From: an uncultured Alphaproteobacteria bacterium
Lineage (GTDB): Bacteria > Pseudomonadota > Alphaproteobacteria > Rhizobiales > Xanthobacteraceae
Length of the DNA stretch: 64,000 bases
NCBI GenBank assembly: GCA_963708125.1
Contig: OY970184.1
Span: forward strand, 4,623,010 to 4,687,009
Reading direction: 5' to 3'
Numbering within the stretch: the first letter of the stretch is position 1; each line of letters opens with the position of its first letter. A program made the translations under genes and the position numbers. Shown here piece after piece: positions 56,509-64,000 of the stretch. The notes beneath the pieces were generated by a model that worked only from the letters and a program-made list of their open reading frames with translations, did not search any database and had not been told where the DNA came from.

Positions 56509-58584
56509 CTAGGCGCCGATCTGGATGCCGAGATTGCCGAACACATCCACCTCCAGCACGTCGCCTGGCAGCAACAGTGTCGTCGAGGCGTATTCTTCAA
56601 TCAGCGCCGGACCCGCAACGCGATTGCCGGCGAGAAGCGCAGGGCGCCAAAAGGTCGGCGTCGGGTGAAAGCGTCCGCCGAAATAGACCTTGCGCTTGCC
56701 GCCGAGCGCCGCTCGCGGCGGCGCCCGGCGCCCGCGGGCGATCTCGCGCTGCGGCGGCTTGCGCATTAGCCCGGTCACGGTCGAGCGCAGGCTGACGATC
56801 TCGGCGGGCTCGGTGGGCGCCGAGGTGCCGTAGCGCTGCGCGTGCATGGCGTCGAAATGTTGCTTGATCGCTTCACGGTCACGGCGTTTGAACACGCTTA
56901 TAGGTAAATCGACGGTGACCGCGTGCTCCTGGCCGACATAACGCATGTCGGCGGCGCGTTTGATTACGATGCGCCCCGACGCGATCGAAGCGCCGGCAAT
57001 CGCATCGCGCCCCTTCAGCTCGAGTTCATGATAGACCTCTTCGATCGCGTCAAACGAGGCATCATCGAGCGGCTTAAACCATGTGCGCACGAAGTCGTAG
57101 CGCAGGTCGGCAAACAGCATGCCGAACGCAGAGAACACGCCGGGCGCGAACGGCACGATGACGTTGCGCATCCCGATTTCGCGCGCCACTTCGACAGCGT
57201 GCAAGGGGCCGGCGCCCCCATAGGCGCAGAGCACGAAACCGCCGGCATCGAAGCCGCGCTCGGTCGTTACTCCCTTGACCGCATAGGACATCGCCGTGGC
57301 GGCGATGCGCAAAATGCCGTCCGCCGTTTCAACGACGCTCAGGCCGAGCGGATCGCCGATGTTCTCCTTGAGCGCGCGTTCGGCGGCGGCGAGATCGAGC
57401 TTCATCTCGCCGCCGAGAAATCGCTCGGCATCGAGCCGCCCGAGCACCAGATTGGCGTCGGTAACGGTCGGCTCGGTGCCGCCCAAGGCGTAACAAGCCG
57501 GCCCCGGAGCAGCGCCGGCGCTCTGCGGACCGACCCGCAGGGCGCCATCGACCAGGCGCGCGATCGAGCCGCCGCCGGTGCCGACCTCGAAAATATCCAT
57601 CATCGCGATCTGCACCGGCAGCGCTTTTTCGTAGCCGCCGATCAGGGCGGCGCCGGTGGTCAGCGGTTCGCCGTGGTGGATCACGCCGGCCTTAGCCGTG
57701 GTGCCGCCCATGTCGAAGGCGATGGCATTGTCGATGCCGAGCGCCCGGCACAGCGCCTGTGTGCCGATGACGCCGGCAGCAGGCCCGGACTCGAGCATGC
57801 GCACGCATTCCTTCTGCGCCTGCTCGGCCTCGTAGAGGCCGCCAGTCGACTGCACTACAAGGAACGATCCGCAAAACCCGGCAGCGCGCATATGGGCGTC
57901 GATCTCGCCGATATAGCGGCGCACTTTTGGGCCCACATAGGCGTTGGCCGCGACCGTCGAACAGCGCTCGAATTCGCGATATTCCTGCGACAGTTCGTGC
58001 GAGGCGGAGACGAACAGGCCGGGATGGTTCTTTTCCAGAGCAGCTTTGGCGCGCCGCTCGTGGTCGGCATTGGCGTAGCAATTGAGGAACAGAATGGCGA
58101 CCGCTTCGATACCGAGCTCGTGGAATTTGTGGCCGAGCGCCGCGATTTCGTCCTCGTCGAGCGGAGTGTCGATCTCGCCGTCGGCCAGCATGCGCTCGTG
58201 CACCTCGAAGCGCAGCGCGCGCTCGACGAGCGGCACATGTTTCTGGAAGAACAGATTATAGGCGTCGGGCCGGTTGATGCGCCCGATCTCGTAGATGTCG
58301 CGAAAACCTTGGGTAATGAGCAAGGCGGTGCGCGCGCCGGTGCGTTCGAGCATTGCATTGACGGCGATGGTCGAGCCGTGAAGAAACAGCGCGGCCGAAC
58401 GATAATCGCTGCCGGCCTTGGCGACGCCCGCGGAAATGCCCTCCACCAGGTGCGCCGGCGTCGACAGCGCCTTGCCGAAGGTGAGCTTTCCCGTCTTCTC
58501 GTCGAAGACCGCAATGTCGGTGAAGGTGCCGCCGATATCGGCGGCAAGCCGCAACCGCCCGCGCACCGATCCTTGCCGTTTCAT
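56509..58584 (-). CDS. hyuA: hydantoinase A/oxoprolinase family protein
   Basis: LRLAADIGGTFTDIAVFDEKTGKLTFGKALSTP...AFDMGGTTAKAGVI... Confidence 0.85.
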   Translation of the reverse strand: MKRQGSVRGRLRLAADIGGTFTDIAVFDEKTGKLTFGKALSTPAHLVEGISAGVAKAGSDYRSAALFLHGSTIAVNAMLERTGARTALLITQGFRDIYEIGRINRPDAYNLFFQKHVPLVERALRFEVHERMLADGEIDTPLDEDEIAALGHKFHELGIEAVAILFLNCYANADHERRAKAALEKNHPGLFVSASHELSQEYREFERCSTVAANAYVGPKVRRYIGEIDAHMRAAGFCGSFLVVQSTGGLYEAEQAQKECVRMLESGPAAGVIGTQALCRALGIDNAIAFDMGGTTAKAGVIHHGEPLTTGAALIGGYEKALPVQIAMMDIFEVGTGGGSIARLVDGALRVGPQSAGAAPGPACYALGGTEPTVTDANLVLGRLDAERFLGGEMKLDLAAAERALKENIGDPLGLSVVETADGILRIAATAMSYAVKGVTTERGFDAGGFVLCAYGGAGPLHAVEVAREIGMRNVIVPFAPGVFSAFGMLFADLRYDFVRTWFKPLDDASFDAIEEVYHELELKGRDAIAGASIASGRIVIKRAADMRYVGQEHAVTVDLPISVFKRRDREAIKQHFDAMHAQRYGTSAPTEPAEIVSLRSTVTGLMRKPPQREIARGRRAPPRAALGGKRKVYFGGRFHPTPTFWRPALLAGNRVAGPALIEEYASTTLLLPGDVLEVDVFGNLGIQIGA

Positions 58585-58615
58585 TCCGCTTGTTCCTTCG
58601 CTCTACTGTTGCGGC

Positions 58616-59029
58616 TCACGCTTCAAGCACGACGTAATCATCTTCGACGCGCACCGAAAAGGTCTCCGCCGTGTAGGGACCTTCGACCAAGGCCGCGCCG
58701 GGCTCAACCGCGACAGAAAATTGCCGGGCGCGCACGCGCTCGGGCTCGCACCACGATTTGCCGGTGCGCACGTCGAATTCCCAGCCGTGCCATGGACAGC
58801 GGATGATCTCGCCACGGCGCGAGTAGCGATAGCATCCGGGCTCGCGCGCTTCGAGGAGGCCGACCAGTCGGCCGTGAAATAGGCTGCCGCCCTGATGCGG
58901 GCAGCGATTCGCCAAGGCAAAAAAATCGCCGTTGATGTTGAACACGACGATCGGACGGCCTCTGATTTCGACGAGCTTTCGCGACCCGGCCGGAAACTCC
59001 TTGAGCGGAGCGATGACGTGCTTCGCCAT
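58616..59029 (-). CDS. Rieske (2Fe-2S) domain protein
   Basis: CPHQGGSL...CPWHGWEF (Rieske ligand boxes), 137 aa. Confidence 0.85.
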   Translation of the reverse strand: MAKHVIAPLKEFPAGSRKLVEIRGRPIVVFNINGDFFALANRCPHQGGSLFHGRLVGLLEAREPGCYRYSRRGEIIRCPWHGWEFDVRTGKSWCEPERVRARQFSVAVEPGAALVEGPYTAETFSVRVEDDYVVLEA

Positions 59030-59036
59030 GCCCGGC

Positions 59037-60137
59037 CTATGCTGCCGCGGCGCCGAGACGGCCGTAGGTGGCGAGCGCGTTGTCGCACCGGATCTTGCCG
59101 TGCAAGCGTTGCGGAATACCGGCCGGCATCACCGCGTCGCCGTCGAATTGCCAATGCGGAAAATCCGAGGAGAACAACAACATCTCGTCCGATTGCAACT
59201 GGTCGATCACGCGCTCCACCGCATCAGCATCGTCTGGAGCGTCGAATGGTTGAATGGTCAACCGCACGTGGTCGCGCACGATCTCGGCGGGCGGACGATC
59301 GACCCAAGGCACTTCCGCCCGCACCCCGCGCCAGAATTTCGACAGCCGCCACAGGAAGGCCGGCAGCCAGGTGACGCCGGATTCGAGCAGCACCACTTTT
59401 AGCTTGGGGAATTTGGCAAACACGCCCTCGCAGACAAAACTCGCCACCTGCGCCTGAAAGCCCTGCGCGTTGGCGCAATAATCCTCGACGTACCAGGACG
59501 GCCAGCCGAGCGAAGTCACGGGGTGCCGGTAGCTCGACCCGGCGTGAATGCCGATGGGCAGGCCATGGCGCTCGGCCGCCTCGTAGACTGGCCAATATTG
59601 CCGCCGGCCGAGCGGGGATTCTTCCATGGCGAGCACGAGCACCTGCACGAAGCGACTGTCAGGCGCGCAGCGCTCGATCTCGGCGATGGCGTGATCCGCA
59701 TTTTGCATCGGCACCACGATCGAGCCGCGCAGTCGCGGATCGCGATCGAGCCACTCGCGGGCGATCCAATCGTTGACCGCCTTGGCAAAGGCGGCCGCCA
59801 TGTCCTCGCTGAACAGAAGCTGCACGCCGTAAAGGCAATTGCAGATGGCGATGTCGATGGCCCAGCGATCGAGCGCGTGACGGCGCATGTGTTCGAGGGT
59901 ATAGGGCGGCTCGCCGGATTCGGTGCGCCAGTCGACGCGCGCGGTCAACGGCGCCTTGGGCGGATAGCTGACCGATTCCAGCGAATTGAGCCCGCGGTCG
60001 ATCACGCTGTCGCGCCACTGCTCGTCGAGATGCGGCAACAGCGCCTGCATGCTTGGCACATTGGCATGCACATCACAATCAATGGTCGAGGGAGCCGCCG
60101 TCATCGCCTGGTACCCGCGGAGCAGTTTATGCCGCAC
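59037..60137 (-). CDS. amidohydrolase-2 family protein (ACMSD/LigW-like metal-dependent hydrolase or decarboxylase)
   Basis: IDCDVHANVP...IGIHAGSSY...LLESGVTWLP...FSSDFPHWQFD. The start may be the internal ATG at 60104. Confidence 0.7.
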   Translation of the reverse strand: MRHKLLRGYQAMTAAPSTIDCDVHANVPSMQALLPHLDEQWRDSVIDRGLNSLESVSYPPKAPLTARVDWRTESGEPPYTLEHMRRHALDRWAIDIAICNCLYGVQLLFSEDMAAAFAKAVNDWIAREWLDRDPRLRGSIVVPMQNADHAIAEIERCAPDSRFVQVLVLAMEESPLGRRQYWPVYEAAERHGLPIGIHAGSSYRHPVTSLGWPSWYVEDYCANAQGFQAQVASFVCEGVFAKFPKLKVVLLESGVTWLPAFLWRLSKFWRGVRAEVPWVDRPPAEIVRDHVRLTIQPFDAPDDADAVERVIDQLQSDEMLLFSSDFPHWQFDGDAVMPAGIPQRLHGKIRCDNALATYGRLGAAAA

Positions 60138-60178
60138 ATTATCGCTCGCGCGCGGCAGTGGATAGGCAGGCAGAGCGC

Positions 60179-60835
60179 CTAACGCAAGCGCAGCGGACCG
60201 GGCAAGGCGCGTTCAGCCTTGGCGGCGAGCTGCGCCTCGTGCCGTCCTATGAAAGTGGCAAGCAGGATGACGCCGAGGGTGGCGGCAATGCCGAACAGCA
60301 CCCATCCGCTGGGGCCGGACAGAAACCACCACGACGCGGCCAGGTGCGCGAACTCTTTTCCGAAATAATAAGCAGCGGCGCCGAACAATCCCGACCAAAG
60401 AGACACGCCCACTGCGCTCGCCGCCAGGAAGTGCCGCCACGGCATGCGATTGGCGCCGGCGAGAATTCCGGCGATCGCCCGCAACACCGGCAGGAACTGC
60501 GCGATAATGATGATGATGGCGCCGTGTTTGAGGAACAGATATTGGCCAAGCTTGATGCGCGTTTCAGTAATTCGCACGTACGAGCCGTAGCGCAGCAGCA
60601 GCCAATAGCCGAATTGCGCACCGACCAGATAGCCGAGCATGCGCCCGATCAGCGACGCCACCGCCGCGACCAGGATAACGCCGAAGATGTTGAGCTCGTG
60701 CGTCTTGCCCGCGATCACGGAACCAACGATCAAAGCCGTTTCGCCGGGCAGCGGAAGGCCGACGCTTTCGAGGCCGATGAAGGCCGCGACGACGAGCAAA
60801 CCGTAGGTGTGGATGAGATGGACGACACCATGCAT
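60179..60835 (-). CDS. DedA family membrane protein (218 aa)
   Basis: MHGVVHLIHTYGLLVVAAFIGLESVGLPLPGETALIVGSV...IAQFLPVLRAIAGILAGANRMPWRHFL. The six-frame ORF continues to 61387, but that extension is antisense to the UbiD gene. Confidence 0.85.
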   Translation of the reverse strand: MHGVVHLIHTYGLLVVAAFIGLESVGLPLPGETALIVGSVIAGKTHELNIFGVILVAAVASLIGRMLGYLVGAQFGYWLLLRYGSYVRITETRIKLGQYLFLKHGAIIIIIAQFLPVLRAIAGILAGANRMPWRHFLAASAVGVSLWSGLFGAAAYYFGKEFAHLAASWWFLSGPSGWVLFGIAATLGVILLATFIGRHEAQLAAKAERALPGPLRLR

Positions 60836-60913
60836 AGATTGTGTACCCGGCCAAAATTCACTTATACAGGTTTTCCTGAGAAGAGAACTCCTTGACCCGG
60901 CATCTGCACCCTC

Positions 60914-62419
60914 TTGTCGCGGCGCCGCGTCGCCCAGTTCACCGCGCGCGCGGAACCATTCGCTGCTATCACGTCCCGGAGACAAATCGACGCTGTGTAC
61001 AAGGATTTGCGCCAGTTCATAGAACGCGTCGACGAACTCGGGGCGTTGCGCCGCATTGACGGTGCCGATGCGCGATTCGAGATCGGCGGAATCACCGAGG
61101 TGGCAGCGGGGCGGCCCGACTGCCCGGCGCTCCTGTTCGACCGGATCAAGGGCCACGAGCCCGGCTTCCGGATTTTCACCAATGCGACCATCAACGTTCA
61201 ACGGTCCGCCTTGGCGCTCGGTCTTGCCCCAACGCTGCGACCGCTCGACGCACTCAAGGCCTGGATGGAGAAGCGCAAAACCTTGCGGCCGCAGCCGCCG
61301 GTTGTTGTGCGCGATGCCGCCTTCCTGGCAAACACGCTGGCCGGGCCGGACGTCAACATCGCGCGGTTTCCAGCTCCGATCTGGCATCGCGGGGACGGCG
61401 GTCCGTTTATTGGATCAGGCTCGATCGTGGTGATGCGCGATCCGGATAACGGCTGGATCAATGCGTCGATCTATCGCGTGCAGGTGCATGCGGCGAATAA
61501 GGTCACGGTGCAGTTCGATCACGCCGGGCGTCACGGCGCCATTATTGCCAGAAAATATTGGGATCGTGGCGAGAGCTGCCCGCTCGCCGTGGTGCACGGT
61601 GAAGACCCGGCGCTGTTCATCGCCGGCTTCGAATACCTGCCTGACGGTCGCTCGGAATATGAATTCGCCGGCGCCGTCAAGGGCGCGCCTGTTGAAGTAC
61701 ACGAGGGGCCGCAGACTGGTCTGCCAATACCGGCGCTCGCGGAGATCGTGTTCGAGGGGCGGCTCTTGCCGATGAGCGAAACGACGCTGCCGGAAGGACC
61801 GTTCGGAGAATTTACCGGCTATTATGCCGCCGAAAAGCGGCCGGGCCCGGTGATGGAAGTGACCGCCATCCACTACCGCAAAGATCCGATCCTGCTCGGC
61901 TCGCCGCCGATGAAGCCGCCGCGCTTTCATTTCGGCCTGCCGTTCCGCGCCGCCACGATCTGGAGCAATCTGGAAGCCGCCGGCGTGACCGACGTGACCG
62001 GTGTCTGGCAGCACGTCTCGCAGCTGATGACGGTCGTCGCCTTGCGCCAGCGCTATGATGGTCACGCCAAGCGCGCCGCTCTGGTCGCGGCCGCACACAG
62101 CTACATGGCGCGCATCGTCGTCGTGGTCGATGACGACATCGATCCGTCCAATCTCGCCGATGTCATCTGGGCGGTAACGACCCGGTGCGAGCCTTGCGAG
62201 AACATCGACGTCCTGCGCGATGCCTGGAGCTCGGCGCTCGATCCGCGCATTCCGCCTGAAGCGAAGGAGCGCGGCGTCACCTCGCACTCCAAGGCGATCA
62301 TCGATGCCTGCCGGCCGTTCGGCTGGCGCGCGAAGTTTCCACTACCGTCGGCCCTGTCAGCGGAGGAGGCACGCGCGATCGAGGAAAAGTGGGCAGGCGT
62401 TATCCGCGCCGGCTCCTGA
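60914..62419 (+). CDS. UbiD family (prFMN-dependent) decarboxylase
   Basis: YKDLRQFIERVDELGALRRIDGADARFEIGGITEV...GPFGEFTGYYA...MARIVVVVDDDIDPSNLADVIWAV.TR. The start is uncertain and may be the GTG near 60994. Confidence 0.85.
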   Translation: MSRRRVAQFTARAEPFAAITSRRQIDAVYKDLRQFIERVDELGALRRIDGADARFEIGGITEVAAGRPDCPALLFDRIKGHEPGFRIFTNATINVQRSALALGLAPTLRPLDALKAWMEKRKTLRPQPPVVVRDAAFLANTLAGPDVNIARFPAPIWHRGDGGPFIGSGSIVVMRDPDNGWINASIYRVQVHAANKVTVQFDHAGRHGAIIARKYWDRGESCPLAVVHGEDPALFIAGFEYLPDGRSEYEFAGAVKGAPVEVHEGPQTGLPIPALAEIVFEGRLLPMSETTLPEGPFGEFTGYYAAEKRPGPVMEVTAIHYRKDPILLGSPPMKPPRFHFGLPFRAATIWSNLEAAGVTDVTGVWQHVSQLMTVVALRQRYDGHAKRAALVAAAHSYMARIVVVVDDDIDPSNLADVIWAVTTRCEPCENIDVLRDAWSSALDPRIPPEAKERGVTSHSKAIIDACRPFGWRAKFPLPSALSAEEARAIEEKWAGVIRAGS

Positions 62420-62469
62420 ACGTGAGGCCTTCTGTGTAGTACGTCGGGCCCTTACCTTATAATGAGCTA

Positions 62470-62676
62470 AGGCTGGACTGCGCGCACTCGGGCGCTCGCG
62501 GAAGATCGCCGCGATCGCGAATTCCCAGAGTTTTGGCTGGAGGCCCTTCCAAGGCGATCGGCAGCAGGGCGTTGTTTCAGCATAAGGAACAACACGCAAT
62601 GGCGAATCTGCTTTGCTTGGCCGCGCGTGCGCCCGGCCCTCCGAACGTTGATTCGTCGGCCAGCATCGAGGAAGCC
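62470..62676 (+). pseudogene. HigB-like (plasmid maintenance killer) toxin remnant
   Basis: ...SIRNNTQWRICFAW... followed in another frame by GPPNVD resembles the C-terminus of HigB (SIRINDQWRICFRW..G....V). No intact ORF or start codon. Confidence 0.45.
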
Positions 62677-62958
62677 ATGTCCAGAACGGCCCTTCATCCC
62701 GGAGAAATCCTCGCCTAGGAGCTTGCGGAGATTGGCGTCACTCCGACCGAGCTTGCGAGACATCTGCGGGTGCCCGCCAACCGGATCACGCAGATCGTGC
62801 AGGGCAAGAGGGCACTTACGGGCGACACAGCGCTGCGCCTTGGCCATTGGTTCGGCACGAGCGCGCAGTTCTGGCTCAATCTGCAAAGCGCCTATGATAT
62901 CAGGATTGCAGAAATGGCGGCGGGCGCCGAAATCCGCAGACTGCCGAAACGGGCCTGA
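62677..62958 (+). pseudogene. higA: HigA-type HTH antitoxin with an in-frame TAG at 62716-62718
   Basis: MSRTALHPGEILA*ELAEIGVTPTELARHLRVPANRITQIVQGKRALTGDTALRLGHWFGTSAQFWLNLQSAYDIRIAE. The frame is the same before and after the stop. Confidence 0.7.
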
Positions 62959-63026
62959 CGGCGCTGCTCTGCGAAAATGGTCGCGCTCAACTGCCGCGAC
63001 CGGCCGATCGCCCAGGTGCACAGGCC

Positions 63027-64000
63027 TCACGCGACCGCATTTGCCGAATTCAAACTGTCGATCAGCGACGACCGGTACAAAAACTTCTTGTGCAGCCTGA
63101 CGTCTTCGGAGGTGCGCCGCAGCTCGTCCAAGTGCTTGCGGCGAACCGCCGGGTCCCGTTCCTCAAGCTTGCGCTTGTTCTCGATCGTCTGCGCCTGCAC
63201 GTAATCGATCTGCGCCTTGCGTCGCTGCCGCGTGTAGCGGTCGAGCAGGCTGTCGTCAGCGCGGCCGAACCACACCTCGGCGAGCTTTTCGGCGAGATTG
63301 ACGGCGTCATGAATGCCGCCGTTCATGCCCATGCCGCCGATCGGGTTGTTGACATGGGCGCAATCGCCGGCGAGCAGCACGCGGCCCTTGTTGAACGTCT
63401 CCGCCACGCGCTGATGCACCGCATAAAGCGCGTAGTACGGGATCTCGTAGTCGCCGTTCTTTTGATGAATGCGCTGCAAACGGCGCTGAATGTTTTCCAT
63501 GCTCAGCGCCTCCTCGTCGGTTTCCGCTTCGGGGATGGGAAGAACGCCCCGCCAGATTCCGGGCGGGCCATAGCCCTTCACCTTGAACAGGTTGAGCCAT
63601 TCGTCCGGATCGAAAAAGTAATTGCGCGTGCAGAATCCTCTGTCGATCGCGCCGAAATCGAAAGTGGTGCCGATCTTGATGAAACGTTCGGGCCAGGTGA
63701 ACCCTTCGAACGCAATAGTGGCGAGTTTTCGCACGGTGCTGCTGCCGCCATCGGTGCCGATGAGGTAGCGTGCGCGCAGTTTTTCGGTCTCGCCGGCCTC
63801 GTTGCTGATCGTCGCTTCGATCTCGTCCGCAGTCTGAGCAAGGCCGACCAGTTTCGCCGAGAAGCGGACCTCACCGATTCCGCTCGCTTTGATGTGCGGC
63901 AGCGCGGCGTGAACAAGCTTGTACTGCTCCCACTGCACCACATAGGGATGCGGGACCTCGCCCTTGAGCAGGCTGATGTCGAAGACGGCAACGAGCTCAC
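63027..64000 (-). CDS. FAD-dependent monooxygenase (5' end beyond the window)
   Basis: ...YLIGTDGGSSTVRKL...GRVLLAGDCAHVNNPIGGMGMNGGIHDAVNLAEKL. The frame stays open to nt 64000 (ELVAVFDISLLKGEVPHPYVVQWE...). Confidence 0.8.
   Translation of the reverse strand, partial: ELVAVFDISLLKGEVPHPYVVQWEQYKLVHAALPHIKASGIGEVRFSAKLVGLAQTADEIEATISNEAGETEKLRARYLIGTDGGSSTVRKLATIAFEGFTWPERFIKIGTTFDFGAIDRGFCTRNYFFDPDEWLNLFKVKGYGPPGIWRGVLPIPEAETDEEALSMENIQRRLQRIHQKNGDYEIPYYALYAVHQRVAETFNKGRVLLAGDCAHVNNPIGGMGMNGGIHDAVNLAEKLAEVWFGRADDSLLDRYTRQRRKAQIDYVQAQTIENKRKLEERDPAVRRKHLDELRRTSEDVRLHKKFLYRSSLIDSLNSANAVA

Noticed and set aside
55030-58806. Very long plus-strand ORFs (55030..56769, 579 aa; 56923..58806, 627 aa) opposite hyuB/hyuA
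   Set aside because: These are antisense shadow ORFs typical of high-GC DNA. They have low-complexity Arg/Ala/Gly/Asp composition and no recognisable motifs, whereas the minus-strand products are clear hydantoinase A/B proteins. The same reasoning applies to 1150..2367(+), 2437..3333(+), 24897..25754(-), 49645..50808(-), 59523..60182(+) and 61415..62287(-).
60836-61387. N-terminal 184-aa extension of the DedA ORF (60179..61387)
   Set aside because: The extension is antisense to the UbiD decarboxylase gene and is compositionally biased. A typical DedA N-terminus starts at the ATG at 60835.
1-64000. CRISPR arrays, rRNA and tRNA genes
   Set aside because: I saw no regularly spaced short direct repeats and no rRNA-like or cloverleaf-like segments while reading. 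The repeats present are all IS or RIT related. A tRNA or covariance-model scan was not possible here.

Overview
High-GC window with alphaproteobacterial-type synteny (Hyphomicrobiales-like lptC-lptA-lptB-rpoN-hpf-ptsN). It has two very different parts. (A) 1 to about 46,950 is a heavily rearranged accessory island. It contains IS21, nested IS630, several IS110-family copies (one carrying a group II intron) and IS66 fragments. It also holds an unusual concentration of tandem tyrosine-recombinase (recombinase-in-trio, RIT-like) elements: two near-identical 3,405-bp RIT copies plus remnants of three other RIT-like lineages. Cargo comprises polysaccharide and glycosyltransferase genes, a decayed type II secretion cluster, rmlC, three VapBC-type TA loci with broken toxins, and a J-domain/membrane-protein cassette. 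The island appears to end inside a truncated porin gene. (B) About 47,250 to 64,000 is ordinary core DNA: RNase D-like exonuclease, lptCAB, rpoN, hpf, ptsN, DUF1150, hsp20, a hyuA/hyuB-Rieske-amidohydrolase-dedA-UbiD-FAD monooxygenase catabolic neighbourhood, and a decayed higBA. The observation I rank highest is that the RIT element sits exactly on the catalytic Arg-His codons (HxxRH box) of three different tyrosine-recombinase genes belonging to other RIT-like elements. Lineage-specific terminal palindromes and co-varying flanking hexamers accompany this. I recognised no rRNA, tRNA or CRISPR array. All homology calls come from reading the translations by eye; no database search was run.
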